Shown here: positions 48,848 through 58,740 of the stretch, piece by piece
How positions within the stretch are numbered: position 1 is the stretch's first letter
Layout: each line of letters begins with the position of its first letter
DNA from: a virus
Reading direction: 5' to 3' (one strand)
Length of the DNA: 64,000 nt
IMG/VR virus record: IMGVR_UViG_3300025276_000026
Coordinates: 33,369-97,368 of that record
Made by a program: the position numbers and the translations under genes
Notes under the pieces: model-generated
Told to the model about the DNA's origin: nothing
What the model saw: only the letters and a program-made list of their open reading frames with translations
Database searches by the model: none

Positions 48848-49921
48848 TTAACTCGCATCTGTAGTCCTATCGTCTGCAAAACTTCGGGTAGAACCGTCAT
48901 CATAAAATGTTACTGTCTCTGCGACAACAAAGGTATCGGTTGGGTCAACTGAACCTACAAACTTCAAGTTTGTTTTTGCATCTATTGTGACTGCAGCGGA
49001 AACTACCATTGATAGTTTATTTGCATTAATAGAAACAATGGTTGGATTGGTTCCCAAATTCGTTCCGAACACTTCATCGTTCACACTTACCTTTGTATTT
49101 ATAGCTACTGGAAAAGTGATTGTAGTCGATGCTGATACGGCATTACTTCTGGCTGCAAATGCTGGTTCGTAATGTTTGACTTCTTTAACTAGACCACTAC
49201 TATCTATTTCACTAGTAGTGAACAGACCACTTGCAGTCTTAACTTGTCCTTGGACTCCGTCTGATATATAAATTCTTTCGATAACGTTCTTAATAACCTC
49301 TCCAGTATATACTGGGCCGAAGAAGTATAGTTTCATAGAGAACTCTAAAGTGTATTCTATAACACGTCTTTCTTCGAATGTACCTTCATATGAGTCTTCC
49401 ATTGTCACTGAGTTAAGGATGATTGGTACATCTCTGTAATCAGTCATCGAATCAATCATCTTCATGGTAACTGTGTATTCGGGTTGGAAGTATGGTAGTA
49501 TTTGTTCTACTATTTGTAGTGCATCATTCATGTTCTTTGCAAGAATTGATAAACTAAATGTTAAATTGTATGGTGCTGGTTGGTATTGAAACCCTCTTTT
49601 TCCAGTATCGCTTCCTTCTAAAGATGATTTACTATTTCTAATTAATTTGTTTTGTTGTCTAGTTGCATCATACTCAAATCCAGTAAGTTCAAATGCAAGT
49701 CTAGGCATACTGATTGCAGTTCTCATACCATCATTAAGATTAGCATCTTCTGCTAGTCGTTGTAAGAACTTCTGTTTAGGCCCATAACTTATGGGTACTT
49801 TTGATTCTGTGAGTACAGTTCCGTCTGCCTTGACTTTCTTAACAGTTATGTTATTAAACAGAGTTCCAAATATGGAAACAGCACGTTTAAAAGTTTCATT
49901 ATAAAAGTATGTCCCAAACAT
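48848..49921 (-). CDS. gp15: tail sheath stabiliser / tail completion protein
   Basis: YFYNET...FGTLFNNI, VPISYGPKQKF, QILPYFQP; extra C-terminal region. Confidence 0.92.
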   Translation of the reverse strand: MFGTYFYNETFKRAVSIFGTLFNNITVKKVKADGTVLTESKVPISYGPKQKFLQRLAEDANLNDGMRTAISMPRLAFELTGFEYDATRQQNKLIRNSKSSLEGSDTGKRGFQYQPAPYNLTFSLSILAKNMNDALQIVEQILPYFQPEYTVTMKMIDSMTDYRDVPIILNSVTMEDSYEGTFEERRVIEYTLEFSMKLYFFGPVYTGEVIKNVIERIYISDGVQGQVKTASGLFTTSEIDSSGLVKEVKHYEPAFAARSNAVSASTTITFPVAINTKVSVNDEVFGTNLGTNPTIVSINANKLSMVVSAAVTIDAKTNLKFVGSVDPTDTFVVAETVTFYDDGSTRSFADDRTTDAS

Positions 49922-50784
49922 TATGTAACCTCACCAAATGGATTCGTCTCACTGAAGTCTAGGTAACCATCTGCCTTATCTTCAAAGTCTTTATTCTGTG
50001 CATTACCATCGTTAGCAAACGTCAGCACGTCTGTAATGGATTCTATGACTACTGTCTTACCACTTGTTGCACCGACTAGGGTGTCACCAACAGCAAGGGT
50101 TCTAGTAACATCCTTGATAGTAAGTTTACGAACGTTGTCTGTCACGCCTGGAGTCCAACCAATAACTTCACCAGTTGCAGCCCCACTATAATTGATAACT
50201 TCTTGAATAGTAAAGTCTCCACTTGTATTTGAAACAACCATTTCGATTGTGTATGCTTGTTCGTTCTCTACTAAGTCTATAACAGTTCCAGTATCGAAGT
50301 CTTCTCCACTGTACTCGAACAGTTCACACTGCATCTTGAATACAAATAGTTTTCCGACTTGATAGAATGGATTCTCATGTTCTACAAATTTGATTTCAAA
50401 CAAAGAACCACTGAGAGGGAAGTAAATTAAATCTCCCTCGTTAGGTCTTAGTGATGTTGTAAGGTTTGAATCTAGGGAAATGAATCTCTCCCAAGTTCTT
50501 AATGATAATACAAAGGTTGCTTGGTCTCTTACTTGTACACCAAACTTGGACATTAAGTCCCCATCACCTTCAAATCCATCTGTATTTTCTAGATACATTT
50601 CTACTGCATAGGATTCTCCGAATGCAGATTGTACATCTTCACCGAGGATTGTGTCCTCTTCAACTACTTCTCTTGGTAGATAGTAGACTTCATGTCCATA
50701 CATTCGTAATGATTCAACTACTATATCTTCGTACAGGTGTTGTTCAGAATTAACTGCATGGTTAAAAAATACATTTGTTGGCAT
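49921..50784 (-). CDS. gp14: neck protein
   Basis: YYLPRE, RPNEGDLIYFP, PFYQVGK, DFSETNPFG. Confidence 0.92.
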   Translation of the reverse strand: MPTNVFFNHAVNSEQHLYEDIVVESLRMYGHEVYYLPREVVEEDTILGEDVQSAFGESYAVEMYLENTDGFEGDGDLMSKFGVQVRDQATFVLSLRTWERFISLDSNLTTSLRPNEGDLIYFPLSGSLFEIKFVEHENPFYQVGKLFVFKMQCELFEYSGEDFDTGTVIDLVENEQAYTIEMVVSNTSGDFTIQEVINYSGAATGEVIGWTPGVTDNVRKLTIKDVTRTLAVGDTLVGATSGKTVVIESITDVLTFANDGNAQNKDFEDKADGYLDFSETNPFGEVT

Positions 50785-50788
50785 ATTG

Positions 50789-51604
50789 TTATCCCATTAA
50801 ATCCATGACTGGCATTTCGAAATTCAGTCTTGACTCTTCTTCTAATCTTAATATCTCTTCTTGAGCTTCTGTTTTCATTTGAGCAGCGTCTAGTGTGACT
50901 CCGCCCGGCAATGCAATACCACTAAATTTGGATAGGTTTTCTCCCCATTGATACTTAACTAATGCAGTACAATACTTCTTCAACCACATGTCATTGAATA
51001 CGTCTGTCATATCTGTAGGGTCGATTTTTCTGTAACACTCAATGATTAAGTATTCTCCAGTAACCAATCTAGATGCATCTAAGTTCATGTACAATCTGTT
51101 GCTGTGCATGTTGTAACTTATTGGTGTTCTTCCAACTAAAATATTGTTCATCAATGAAAGGTTCTGTTGAACCATGGAGTAATGTAATACATTTGTAGAT
51201 GATAAGTCATGCATATCATTCAGTCTTAACTGATATCTTAAGTCAAACATATTGAGGTTTGATTTATCATTGAATGGTAGAATGTTTAGAACTGACAATA
51301 CATGCTCTGGAAGAGTCAAGTAATTTTGTTGTTCTAGATATGTTTGACCGTCAACAGCTTGACCGCCACTTGTCGCTGCAGTATGAGACTCGTTAGTTTT
51401 GAACGAAGCAATTTGAGCTGCAGTAAGTTGGTGTTTTAGATAACACTTAATTGAACCGTCATAACAGAATTCTCTGAAGTATTGTAATGCTTCGTCGAGT
51501 CTATCGTCGAACTGGTCGTCATCTACGTTGATTTCCAACACAGGTGCGCCTAGTTTTCTCTTGACGTATTCCTTAAGAGTAGCTTTTGAATTTGGTGAGG
51601 CCAT
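50789..51604 (-). CDS. gp13: neck protein
   Basis: RKLGAPVLEINV, WLKKY, QWGENLSKF, LPGGVTL. Confidence 0.93.
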   Translation of the reverse strand: MASPNSKATLKEYVKRKLGAPVLEINVDDDQFDDRLDEALQYFREFCYDGSIKCYLKHQLTAAQIASFKTNESHTAATSGGQAVDGQTYLEQQNYLTLPEHVLSVLNILPFNDKSNLNMFDLRYQLRLNDMHDLSSTNVLHYSMVQQNLSLMNNILVGRTPISYNMHSNRLYMNLDASRLVTGEYLIIECYRKIDPTDMTDVFNDMWLKKYCTALVKYQWGENLSKFSGIALPGGVTLDAAQMKTEAQEEILRLEEESRLNFEMPVMDLMG

Positions 51605-51639
51605 AGTATTAATCCTAGTTTAATACTATTTAGGTGTTT

Positions 51640-51900
51640 TTATTCTTGGAAATAAGTTTTGGTAGCGAGTTTATCTATTTTATCTGAGATACGGTTCATT
51701 TGGTCAAGAAGCTTCGTCATATCCCTCTCAATCTCTTCACGTGTGACATAGTCTTTTGCTATCTCTTCACGTGTTTTATTTAGTAGAATACCTTGTCGTG
51801 ATACTTCTTGAAGTGTGTTCCTAAGAAGGAAACCAATAGGTACGATAACGAATACCGTAACGATATTCCATAGTATGTAAGGTGTGACTGTAAGTTCCAT
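51640..51900 (-). CDS. small membrane protein (TM + coiled coil), possible lysis-related
   Basis: Hydrophobic N-terminus, then REEIAKDYVTREE; late TAAATA 5 nt upstream of ATG. Confidence 0.6.
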   Translation of the reverse strand: MELTVTPYILWNIVTVFVIVPIGFLLRNTLQEVSRQGILLNKTREEIAKDYVTREEIERDMTKLLDQMNRISDKIDKLATKTYFQE

Positions 51901-51917
51901 ACCTTTATTTATGAAAC

Positions 51918-52643
51918 CTATTTCACCAAGGGGTTGCCTAGGGCATCTAAATTGAAAATAAATTCATCTATTGATGGTGGAGTATCTTGGGCGTCTCTTC
52001 TATCCGAACCTGCGTTCCCAATATGATGTACTCTTGAATTGAATGATATACTGTATCTTTCTTTGTCGGTAGGATTAGGTTCTACCATATGCATTGCACC
52101 ACTAGGAAACAATACAAGTCTTCCTCTAACTGGCATGTATCCGATACTCTCTTGATTTCTAGCAACGGATGGATGGTCTGCAACAACTTTAGGGTCACAG
52201 TTGATTAACTGAAGGTCTCCCTCGTCACCGTCTCCGTGTATGTAAAAGACTCCACTGTACCAACAACCATTATGTAAATGTGGTGTATTCCATGCACCCT
52301 TGTCATTGATGTTTGCCCATGTGTTATCTATTTTGACTTGTGCATCGTCGGGATGAACTCTAAAGAATTGTTGTACTTCATCTCTCAACGTAGCTTCAAT
52401 ACATCTAATAATCTTTGCAAAGGCTGGATGTTTTTCAACACCATCTTGTGATTGCCAACCAGTATATCTATTTGATATCTGTCTACCCTTCGGGTCTCTT
52501 CTTCTCCACTCATCCATTTCTTTCTTAAGAGATATTAAGTATTCTTCTGATACTGAATCTTTACCATACCTTTCTTGGTCTAGTAAGTCTCTCTCAAATA
52601 TGAATGTGGGGAATGCTAATCTAACTGACATCTTGGTCTCCAA
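51918..52643 (-). CDS. putative 2OG-Fe(II) oxygenase (HxH type)
   Basis: WANIN...PHLH...SGVFY; FPSGAMHMVEP; RYSISFN. Confidence 0.85.
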   Translation of the reverse strand: METKMSVRLAFPTFIFERDLLDQERYGKDSVSEEYLISLKKEMDEWRRRDPKGRQISNRYTGWQSQDGVEKHPAFAKIIRCIEATLRDEVQQFFRVHPDDAQVKIDNTWANINDKGAWNTPHLHNGCWYSGVFYIHGDGDEGDLQLINCDPKVVADHPSVARNQESIGYMPVRGRLVLFPSGAMHMVEPNPTDKERYSISFNSRVHHIGNAGSDRRDAQDTPPSIDEFIFNLDALGNPLVK

Positions 52644-53517
52644 ATAATTCCAATTGTACTTCTTCTTTCTGTTCTAAGTCGGGGTTATGCATAGGACATT
52701 CGGGTGGTGGATTGTCTTCTTTAAACATCTTACCCTTCTCATTCCAATACTTAATCCTTCTGTATGCACCTGCCATACCTTCGATATGTCTCTTCTCTTC
52801 TCTGAGTTCGGGTGACCTATTCCACTCATCCATGGTCTTAAGTTTACTACCGTCTTCACCTTCTCTATGAGTGGTTCGAACGGAACGATTCTCTTGCCAT
52901 GATTTATTGTCGTATGTTATGTATGATGCTGTCCAATCTTCTCTTCTGTAAGGTATTATTTGAACTAAGGGTGTGCCTGCTTTGATTGTGAAATCTTTGT
53001 CTGTTCTAGGATAGAAAATAATCTGAGAGTTATCCATGTTAACATTGAATGCATCTGTATCAATCATACCTTGCCATGTTGCAAAATACTTATTCTGAAA
53101 TAGGAATGGGTCTAGATATAGACAAGAATAGCCAGGCGGTGTGATAATGTTCCAAGGTGCTTTCATCTTGAATGCATCCCTTGTTGGTGCATCATCCTCG
53201 TGTAAGTATGTAAAGTGATGACCTGCTTGAGCAGCTGGATGTGTTGGGGATGATAATGAATCTCCCTTATCGGTATTTGCAGCTGAGGAGTTTGGACTTA
53301 CTTTAACTTCCATATCTCTCTTTGCACATATTAACCAACCAGTTTTTAACCAGTCATCCATAGCAGGACATGACCTTAGAGTCTGTGCCTTTTGTCCACG
53401 AATATTCTGTTGCACCTTCATGGTCTTCCACCAATCGGGTTGAATGGATTTTGCAAGAACTGGTCTCCAGTTCTCTACCGTTTCCTTATCGTATGTGGTG
53501 AATTCTATCGTAGGCAT
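52621..53517 (-). CDS. hypothetical protein, possible dUTPase-like beta fold (DUF6065-like)
   Basis: CPAMDD...GW, PWNIITPPGYSCL, KAGTPLVQIIPYRRE. Confidence 0.55.
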   Translation of the reverse strand: MPTIEFTTYDKETVENWRPVLAKSIQPDWWKTMKVQQNIRGQKAQTLRSCPAMDDWLKTGWLICAKRDMEVKVSPNSSAANTDKGDSLSSPTHPAAQAGHHFTYLHEDDAPTRDAFKMKAPWNIITPPGYSCLYLDPFLFQNKYFATWQGMIDTDAFNVNMDNSQIIFYPRTDKDFTIKAGTPLVQIIPYRREDWTASYITYDNKSWQENRSVRTTHREGEDGSKLKTMDEWNRSPELREEKRHIEGMAGAYRRIKYWNEKGKMFKEDNPPPECPMHNPDLEQKEEVQLELFGDQDVS

Positions 53518-54208
53518 CTTCCCCCCAGTTTACTTTGAGACTAATTTCGTCTCCTCTTATTACTAAAGAACGTCTATCCATGTATCGTGCTTTAGGTGAA
53601 GGTGCATCAGCACCATGTGGTATTCTTCCATCAAATATTAACAGTCTATTTGGTTTAAAATAAACCTCTTGTGTTTGATGATTCTTAATGTGGTCTGCTC
53701 TTCCATGTATTCCTTGTTGCATTTCATCATACAATCTTAAAGAACCACCCCATGAGTCATTCCAAAATCTATTAGGATAGTATAGGAATGAAAGATTCCA
53801 ATCATCTTGCATATCACAATCTGCATGTGTAGTTCCTTCAAGTCCTTGAGTCTGAGAATTCAAACCAAAGTATTGAAACCTCTCCCACATAAATCCAAAG
53901 TCTGTTTGGAGTTTTCTATTTAACCAAGCCATTAGATATGTGTCTCTAGGTTCCATACCATCTTCTATTTTTTGGTCATGACCTCTGAAGAAACCTGCTC
54001 CCCAAAAACTATGATGAGGTAATCCTGTAGGACTATCTCCTCTAACTTGATTAGTTTTTGCCCAGTAACTTTTCTGTGTGATGGATTCGTCAATTCTATG
54101 ATGCATAGTTTGACCTAGATAATCATCTAGGACATATACCTTTTGTAAAGGCATATCTTTAATATGAAAGGGTTCGTTGATGAACTCTAACTCAACATCA
54201 TCATACAT
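53486..54208 (-). CDS. 2OG-Fe(II) oxygenase (prolyl-hydroxylase-like)
   Basis: THAD, LYYPN...WGG, PNRLLIFDGRIPHG, RRS. Confidence 0.85.
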   Translation of the reverse strand: MYDDVELEFINEPFHIKDMPLQKVYVLDDYLGQTMHHRIDESITQKSYWAKTNQVRGDSPTGLPHHSFWGAGFFRGHDQKIEDGMEPRDTYLMAWLNRKLQTDFGFMWERFQYFGLNSQTQGLEGTTHADCDMQDDWNLSFLYYPNRFWNDSWGGSLRLYDEMQQGIHGRADHIKNHQTQEVYFKPNRLLIFDGRIPHGADAPSPKARYMDRRSLVIRGDEISLKVNWGEDAYDRIHHIR

Positions 54209-54211
54209 TGA

Positions 54212-54772
54212 CTAAACTCTTCTAGTATCTTCGGGTGCGTAAGGTGAAGGTATTTCACTCACATAAGAATCAAAGTCTTTCAAGAAATCTTCTCTTGTAG
54301 ATTGTATCTCATTTGCAAGTTGGTCTAGAACACAATTGGCTGCATCTGCATATTCCATTACTCTTCTAGCGTTGTTTCTATGAGGATGGTTAGACCCTTC
54401 TCTTCCAGCATACATTGTTTCTGCAAGAGTATCAAAGTTATACTGTAAACATTCCTGTTCAACGTATTGTTTAGTTTGTCTGAAAAGAGATTCAACATAT
54501 TGTTGATTGAGACTATGACCCATAGGTGGTTCACTGTTCTCAATATACTGTTCAATCATTTCACACTCTTCTTTCGAAAGTGCTACTTTTGTTTGTTGGT
54601 CAAATGATAGACCGTCTTCGTAATTGACTATCTTAACTTCGATATCGTCATAGACGATAACATCGAAATCAAAGTCAAAGGCTGGTTTGTCGACATTCTG
54701 ATAGTCGTATTCTAGTCCGTTTGGTTTACGGATGAATAACGTTCCGTCACTGTCGTATATAAATGCATTCAT
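54212..54772 (-). CDS. hypothetical protein
   Basis: 186 aa; GAGG RBS; within the enzyme cluster. Confidence 0.65.
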   Translation of the reverse strand: MNAFIYDSDGTLFIRKPNGLEYDYQNVDKPAFDFDFDVIVYDDIEVKIVNYEDGLSFDQQTKVALSKEECEMIEQYIENSEPPMGHSLNQQYVESLFRQTKQYVEQECLQYNFDTLAETMYAGREGSNHPHRNNARRVMEYADAANCVLDQLANEIQSTREDFLKDFDSYVSEIPSPYAPEDTRRV

Positions 54773-54804
54773 AATTTAGTTCCTCTCAATATTATTGTAT
54801 CACA

Positions 54805-56379
54805 TTAGTCGCCAATTGGCAACTTTCTTTTCCATTTTAAAAAGTCTTCAAGATTATTTATGGTGCTATAATCCATCCCTTTTACCCAAGGGCCACCACG
54901 TGTGTAGTGAATCCCGCTGTAGTTATATTTCTCTTCGTGATTATCGTATCCTTCTACGAAGATATAGTGTTCGGGTATCTTGGATATCTTCTCCGTCCAC
55001 TCAAATTGGTGTAACTGTTTTCCTGTCCATGTATTAACTACTTCGGGTGTTAACTTCTTACAGTCTTCATGACCATTGTTGAACACCATCATACTAGACC
55101 AAAGTTTCCTAGGGTAATCTATGTTAACCTCACCATCAAACTTTGTCTCATCATGTTTGTATTGTGGATACTGAATACATGCAACAGCATCATTAGGGTT
55201 TAAGTAGTAGAACATTGGTAGTATACTCTTCTTAAAGATGAAATCATCATCAATAAAGATACTAAATCCTTCATAGTTCTCTAAGTAAGGTATTAAGAAT
55301 CTACTGTATGTAAACTCAGTACTTTGATTTGCATACTCTCTAGTATACTCTTCAATCTCTGCAATGTCAAGTATTTTAACTTCGGGTGCCCAATGACATT
55401 GGTCATGCATCCATCCTTTACCAAAGCCTTGTTGAATACTTTCTAAGATTGCATACTTAGATACTTTTGATAAGTCTCCATGTCTACTGTCATGACCGAT
55501 ATAGATTGTAAGTGGTTTACCTTTTGCAAGGTCAAACATCTGTTTGTTGAATTCATGTACTTCATCTCTGAAATCTAAATCCATCAATGCAGTATTGTAT
55601 TCGATACACCCATCCACGTATGTACATGAGATATGATATGGTTTATTTAATCTTTCACACTTATTATACCACATCTGTAATACGCTGTCAAGGCTTGATG
55701 GTTCTACTTTGACCACATCATAACTATCTAAGACCATGATTTCCATATCATTATCTTGCAACTCTTCAAAGACACCCGAACGAATAGAGCCTGGATGTAT
55801 TCTAAAGGTATAAGTAGGTTCAGTATTCAAACCAGTAATACCATTCTCAATTACGTAACCTTGAATAGGAGCTCTAAGACCTTCTTCTTGAATACTCTGA
55901 ATTAACCAATGTGCTTTTGCACCATGATAATACATTGATAGTAATGAACCTTCTGACTGTTCATTTCTGTCTACACCTTCCCAATCGATTAATGTGTCTA
56001 AATTAACATACCCATCTGCATCTTTCATGTCCATTCCAGCATGGCCTGGAATTGGTGTCCTAGGTTTCTCTGCATATCCTACTGGTAAAAACTTGTTATA
56101 TATTACGGATTCATTTCTAAGACCATTGAACCCACCAAATCTATTGTCCTTTCTTAGATACTCAAAGTCTTTCCACTTTGCAACTTTTACTGGGGGTAGA
56201 ATTTCATCGAACAACCATTCTAATATCTTGTATGATTCTTTGGTTTTATCTATGCTATCGAGATTAAAAGCACCTAGATGATAGGGCCCAAGGGATTGTC
56301 TGTCTTGTGACGTAAGATTTTTCCAATCTTGTTTTGAGATAAGTTCTTTCGCTTGTTCTAAGGTCTCAATTTTCTGCAT
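54805..56379 (-). CDS. two-domain protein with C-terminal GT-A glycosyltransferase
   Basis: IYIGHDSR, STEFTYSRFLIPYL, DDD (DxD-like), YPRKLWSS, HYTRGGPW; N-terminal about 280 aa unassigned. Confidence 0.8.
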   Translation of the reverse strand: MQKIETLEQAKELISKQDWKNLTSQDRQSLGPYHLGAFNLDSIDKTKESYKILEWLFDEILPPVKVAKWKDFEYLRKDNRFGGFNGLRNESVIYNKFLPVGYAEKPRTPIPGHAGMDMKDADGYVNLDTLIDWEGVDRNEQSEGSLLSMYYHGAKAHWLIQSIQEEGLRAPIQGYVIENGITGLNTEPTYTFRIHPGSIRSGVFEELQDNDMEIMVLDSYDVVKVEPSSLDSVLQMWYNKCERLNKPYHISCTYVDGCIEYNTALMDLDFRDEVHEFNKQMFDLAKGKPLTIYIGHDSRHGDLSKVSKYAILESIQQGFGKGWMHDQCHWAPEVKILDIAEIEEYTREYANQSTEFTYSRFLIPYLENYEGFSIFIDDDFIFKKSILPMFYYLNPNDAVACIQYPQYKHDETKFDGEVNIDYPRKLWSSMMVFNNGHEDCKKLTPEVVNTWTGKQLHQFEWTEKISKIPEHYIFVEGYDNHEEKYNYSGIHYTRGGPWVKGMDYSTINNLEDFLKWKRKLPIGD

Positions 56380-56416
56380 GATGTCTCCATAATATCTGTC
56401 CTATATTTAGGTAGAC

Positions 56417-56445
56417 AAAAAAAACCCCTCTTTCGAGGGGTCTTT
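56417..56445 (-). terminator. rho-independent terminator after the repeat-protein pair
   Basis: GACCCCTC-GAAA-GAGGGGTT then T-run; a late TAAATA follows at 56404-56409. Confidence 0.85.
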
Positions 56446-56469
56446 ATTCACTGTCGGGTAAGTTCCTAC

Positions 56470-57588
56470 CTATGCTGAAATTGGTGTTGCAGGCCACTGT
56501 TGTGAACCAACTCCATCCCATCTTGCTTCGGGGGTTTGACCCTGTCTTGCATATGTGAACGGACTTCTATGTTGGTACGTAAACGGTGTCTGACCAGTTC
56601 TATTGTAAGTAAACGGACTTCTATGTTGATATGTGAAAGGTGTTTGACCTTGTCTAGCATATGTACTAGGAGACCTGTGACTGTACGTAAACGGTGTCTG
56701 TCCAGTTCTTTGATACGTAAACGGTGTTTGTGCATTTCTTATATTAGGTTCTTGACCTGTTGCGATATAAGGGAAGTTAACCGCTGCATTTCTTATGTTA
56801 GGTTCTTGTGCATTTACAGGGTTTCTATAAGTGAACGGTGACCTATGTTGATAAGTAGCAGGTTGTCTAGCATTAGAAGGGTTCTGATAAGTGAACGGAC
56901 TTCTATGGTTATACGTAAACGGTGACTGACTGTTTCTAATATTAGGTTCCTGTGAAGAACGGATATTAGGTTCTTGGTTGTTTCTAATATTAGGCTCTTG
57001 TGCAGATACAGGGTTTCTGTAAGTGAACGGTGACCTATGGTTGTACGTAAATGGTGCTTGGTTATTCCTAATGTTAGGTTCTTGTATAGACCTAATGTTC
57101 GGTTCTTGAATACTTCTAATGTTAGGCTCTTGTGCAGATACAGGACTTCTGTAAGTGAACGGTGACCTGTAGTTGTACGTATATGGTGACCTATGGTTGT
57201 AAGTACTAGGTTGTCTTGCATTATTAGGCTGTCTTGCATTTGCAATATACGGTTGTCTATATGTAAACGGTTGCCTTGCACTGTTAGGTTGTCTTGCATT
57301 TGCAATATACGGTTGTCTATATGTAAACGGTTGTCTTGCATTATTAGGCTGTCTTGCACTTACTGGATGTCTGTATGTAAACGGATTCTGAAACGTAAAT
57401 GGATTCTGTCCATTTGCTGGATATCTTGCGTTATATGTAAATGGTGCTTGGAATGTAAATGGTTGTTGAGCATTCGCAGGGTATCTTGCACTATATGTAA
57501 ACGGTTGCTGTGATATCGAAGGCGACCTTACGTTCACACTCGACTGAGCATTACGGATATTCGGTTGTTGTCTGTACCCTATTGGCAT
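56470..57588 (-). CDS. Pro/Gln/Arg/Tyr-rich modular repeat protein B (putative fibre strand)
   Basis: 47 modules of 6/8/10 aa, mostly [R/Q]xP...; AGGA RBS. Confidence 0.85.
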   Translation of the reverse strand: MPIGYRQQPNIRNAQSSVNVRSPSISQQPFTYSARYPANAQQPFTFQAPFTYNARYPANGQNPFTFQNPFTYRHPVSARQPNNARQPFTYRQPYIANARQPNSARQPFTYRQPYIANARQPNNARQPSTYNHRSPYTYNYRSPFTYRSPVSAQEPNIRSIQEPNIRSIQEPNIRNNQAPFTYNHRSPFTYRNPVSAQEPNIRNNQEPNIRSSQEPNIRNSQSPFTYNHRSPFTYQNPSNARQPATYQHRSPFTYRNPVNAQEPNIRNAAVNFPYIATGQEPNIRNAQTPFTYQRTGQTPFTYSHRSPSTYARQGQTPFTYQHRSPFTYNRTGQTPFTYQHRSPFTYARQGQTPEARWDGVGSQQWPATPISA

Positions 57589-58740
57589 CTTAATAGTCCT
57601 GTTAAATTATTTGTCATTGTCATATGTCTCATCAGCTTACGGCTCATAATAGTTAGGACTTCCGCCACCATAGGCAAAGTAGTATGTAAATGGTGACCTA
57701 TGTTGATATGAACTAGGTGATTGTGCAATACTTGGAGTCTGAACATTCACCGACGAACGAGCATTGGCAATGTAAGGGACTCTATATGTAAACGGATTCC
57801 TTGCACTATTAGGTTGCCTTGCGTTAGCAATGTATGGTTGTCTATAAGTAAACGGTTGTCTTGCACTATTCGGTTGTCTCGCATTACTTGGTTGTTGATA
57901 AGTAAACGGTGCTTGGAATGTGAAAGGACTCTGTCCATTTGCTGGATACCTACTGTTGTAAGTAAACGGTGCTTGGAATGTAAACGGTGACTGACCATTT
58001 GCTGGATACCTACTGTTGTAAGTAAACGGGGCTTGGAATGTAAACGGTGACTGACTGTTTCTAATATTAGGTTCTTGAATACTTCTAATGTTAGGTTGCT
58101 GAGCACTCACTGGGTTTCTATATGTAAATGGAGACCTATGGTTGTACGTAAACGGTGACCTATGGTTGTATGTGTAAGGAGACCTGTGATTGTATGTACT
58201 AGGTTGTCTTGCGTCTCTTATGTTAGGTTGCTGTGCATTTACAGGGTTTCTATAAGTGAACGGTGACCTGTGGTTATACGTTGATGGTGACCTATGGTTA
58301 TAAGTAAACGGACTTCTGTGTTGATACGAAGCAGGTTGTCTTGCTTGACGTATGTTAGGTTCTTGTCCATTCACTGGGTTTCTGTAAGTGAAAGGAGTCT
58401 GACTATTACGTATGTTAGGTTCTTGTCCGTTTACTGGGTTTCTATATGTAAATGGAGACCTATATTGATAAGTAACAGGTTGTTGACCTACATTATTGTA
58501 AGTAAATGGAGACCTATGTTGATACGTACTAGGTTGTCTTGCATTAGCAATGTAAGGATACGGTTGTTGTGCAGACCTAATGTTAGGTTCTTGGTTGTTA
58601 GCAATGTACGGATACGGTTGCTGTGCATCTCTTATGTTTGGTTCTTGTCCAGTTGCAATATAAGGATACGGTTGTTGTGCATCTCTTATGTTTGGTTGCT
58701 GACCAGCTGCAATGTATGGATATGGAATTTGCGTTGCAGT
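56470..58740. repeat. mosaic of 18/24/30-nt coding tandem repeats
   Basis: Recurrent units such as taagtgaacggtgacctatggtt and atgttaggttcttg; all in frame. Confidence 0.9.

Noticed and set aside
57589-57639. Stop-codon read-through fusing proteins A and B
   Set aside because: Same frame, but a second in-frame TAA lies in the spacer and B has its own AGGA RBS
56470-58740. Repeat region as a CRISPR array or DGR template/variable repeat
   Set aside because: Units are in-frame multiples of 3 with synonymous variation and no unique spacers; no cas or reverse transcriptase gene in the window
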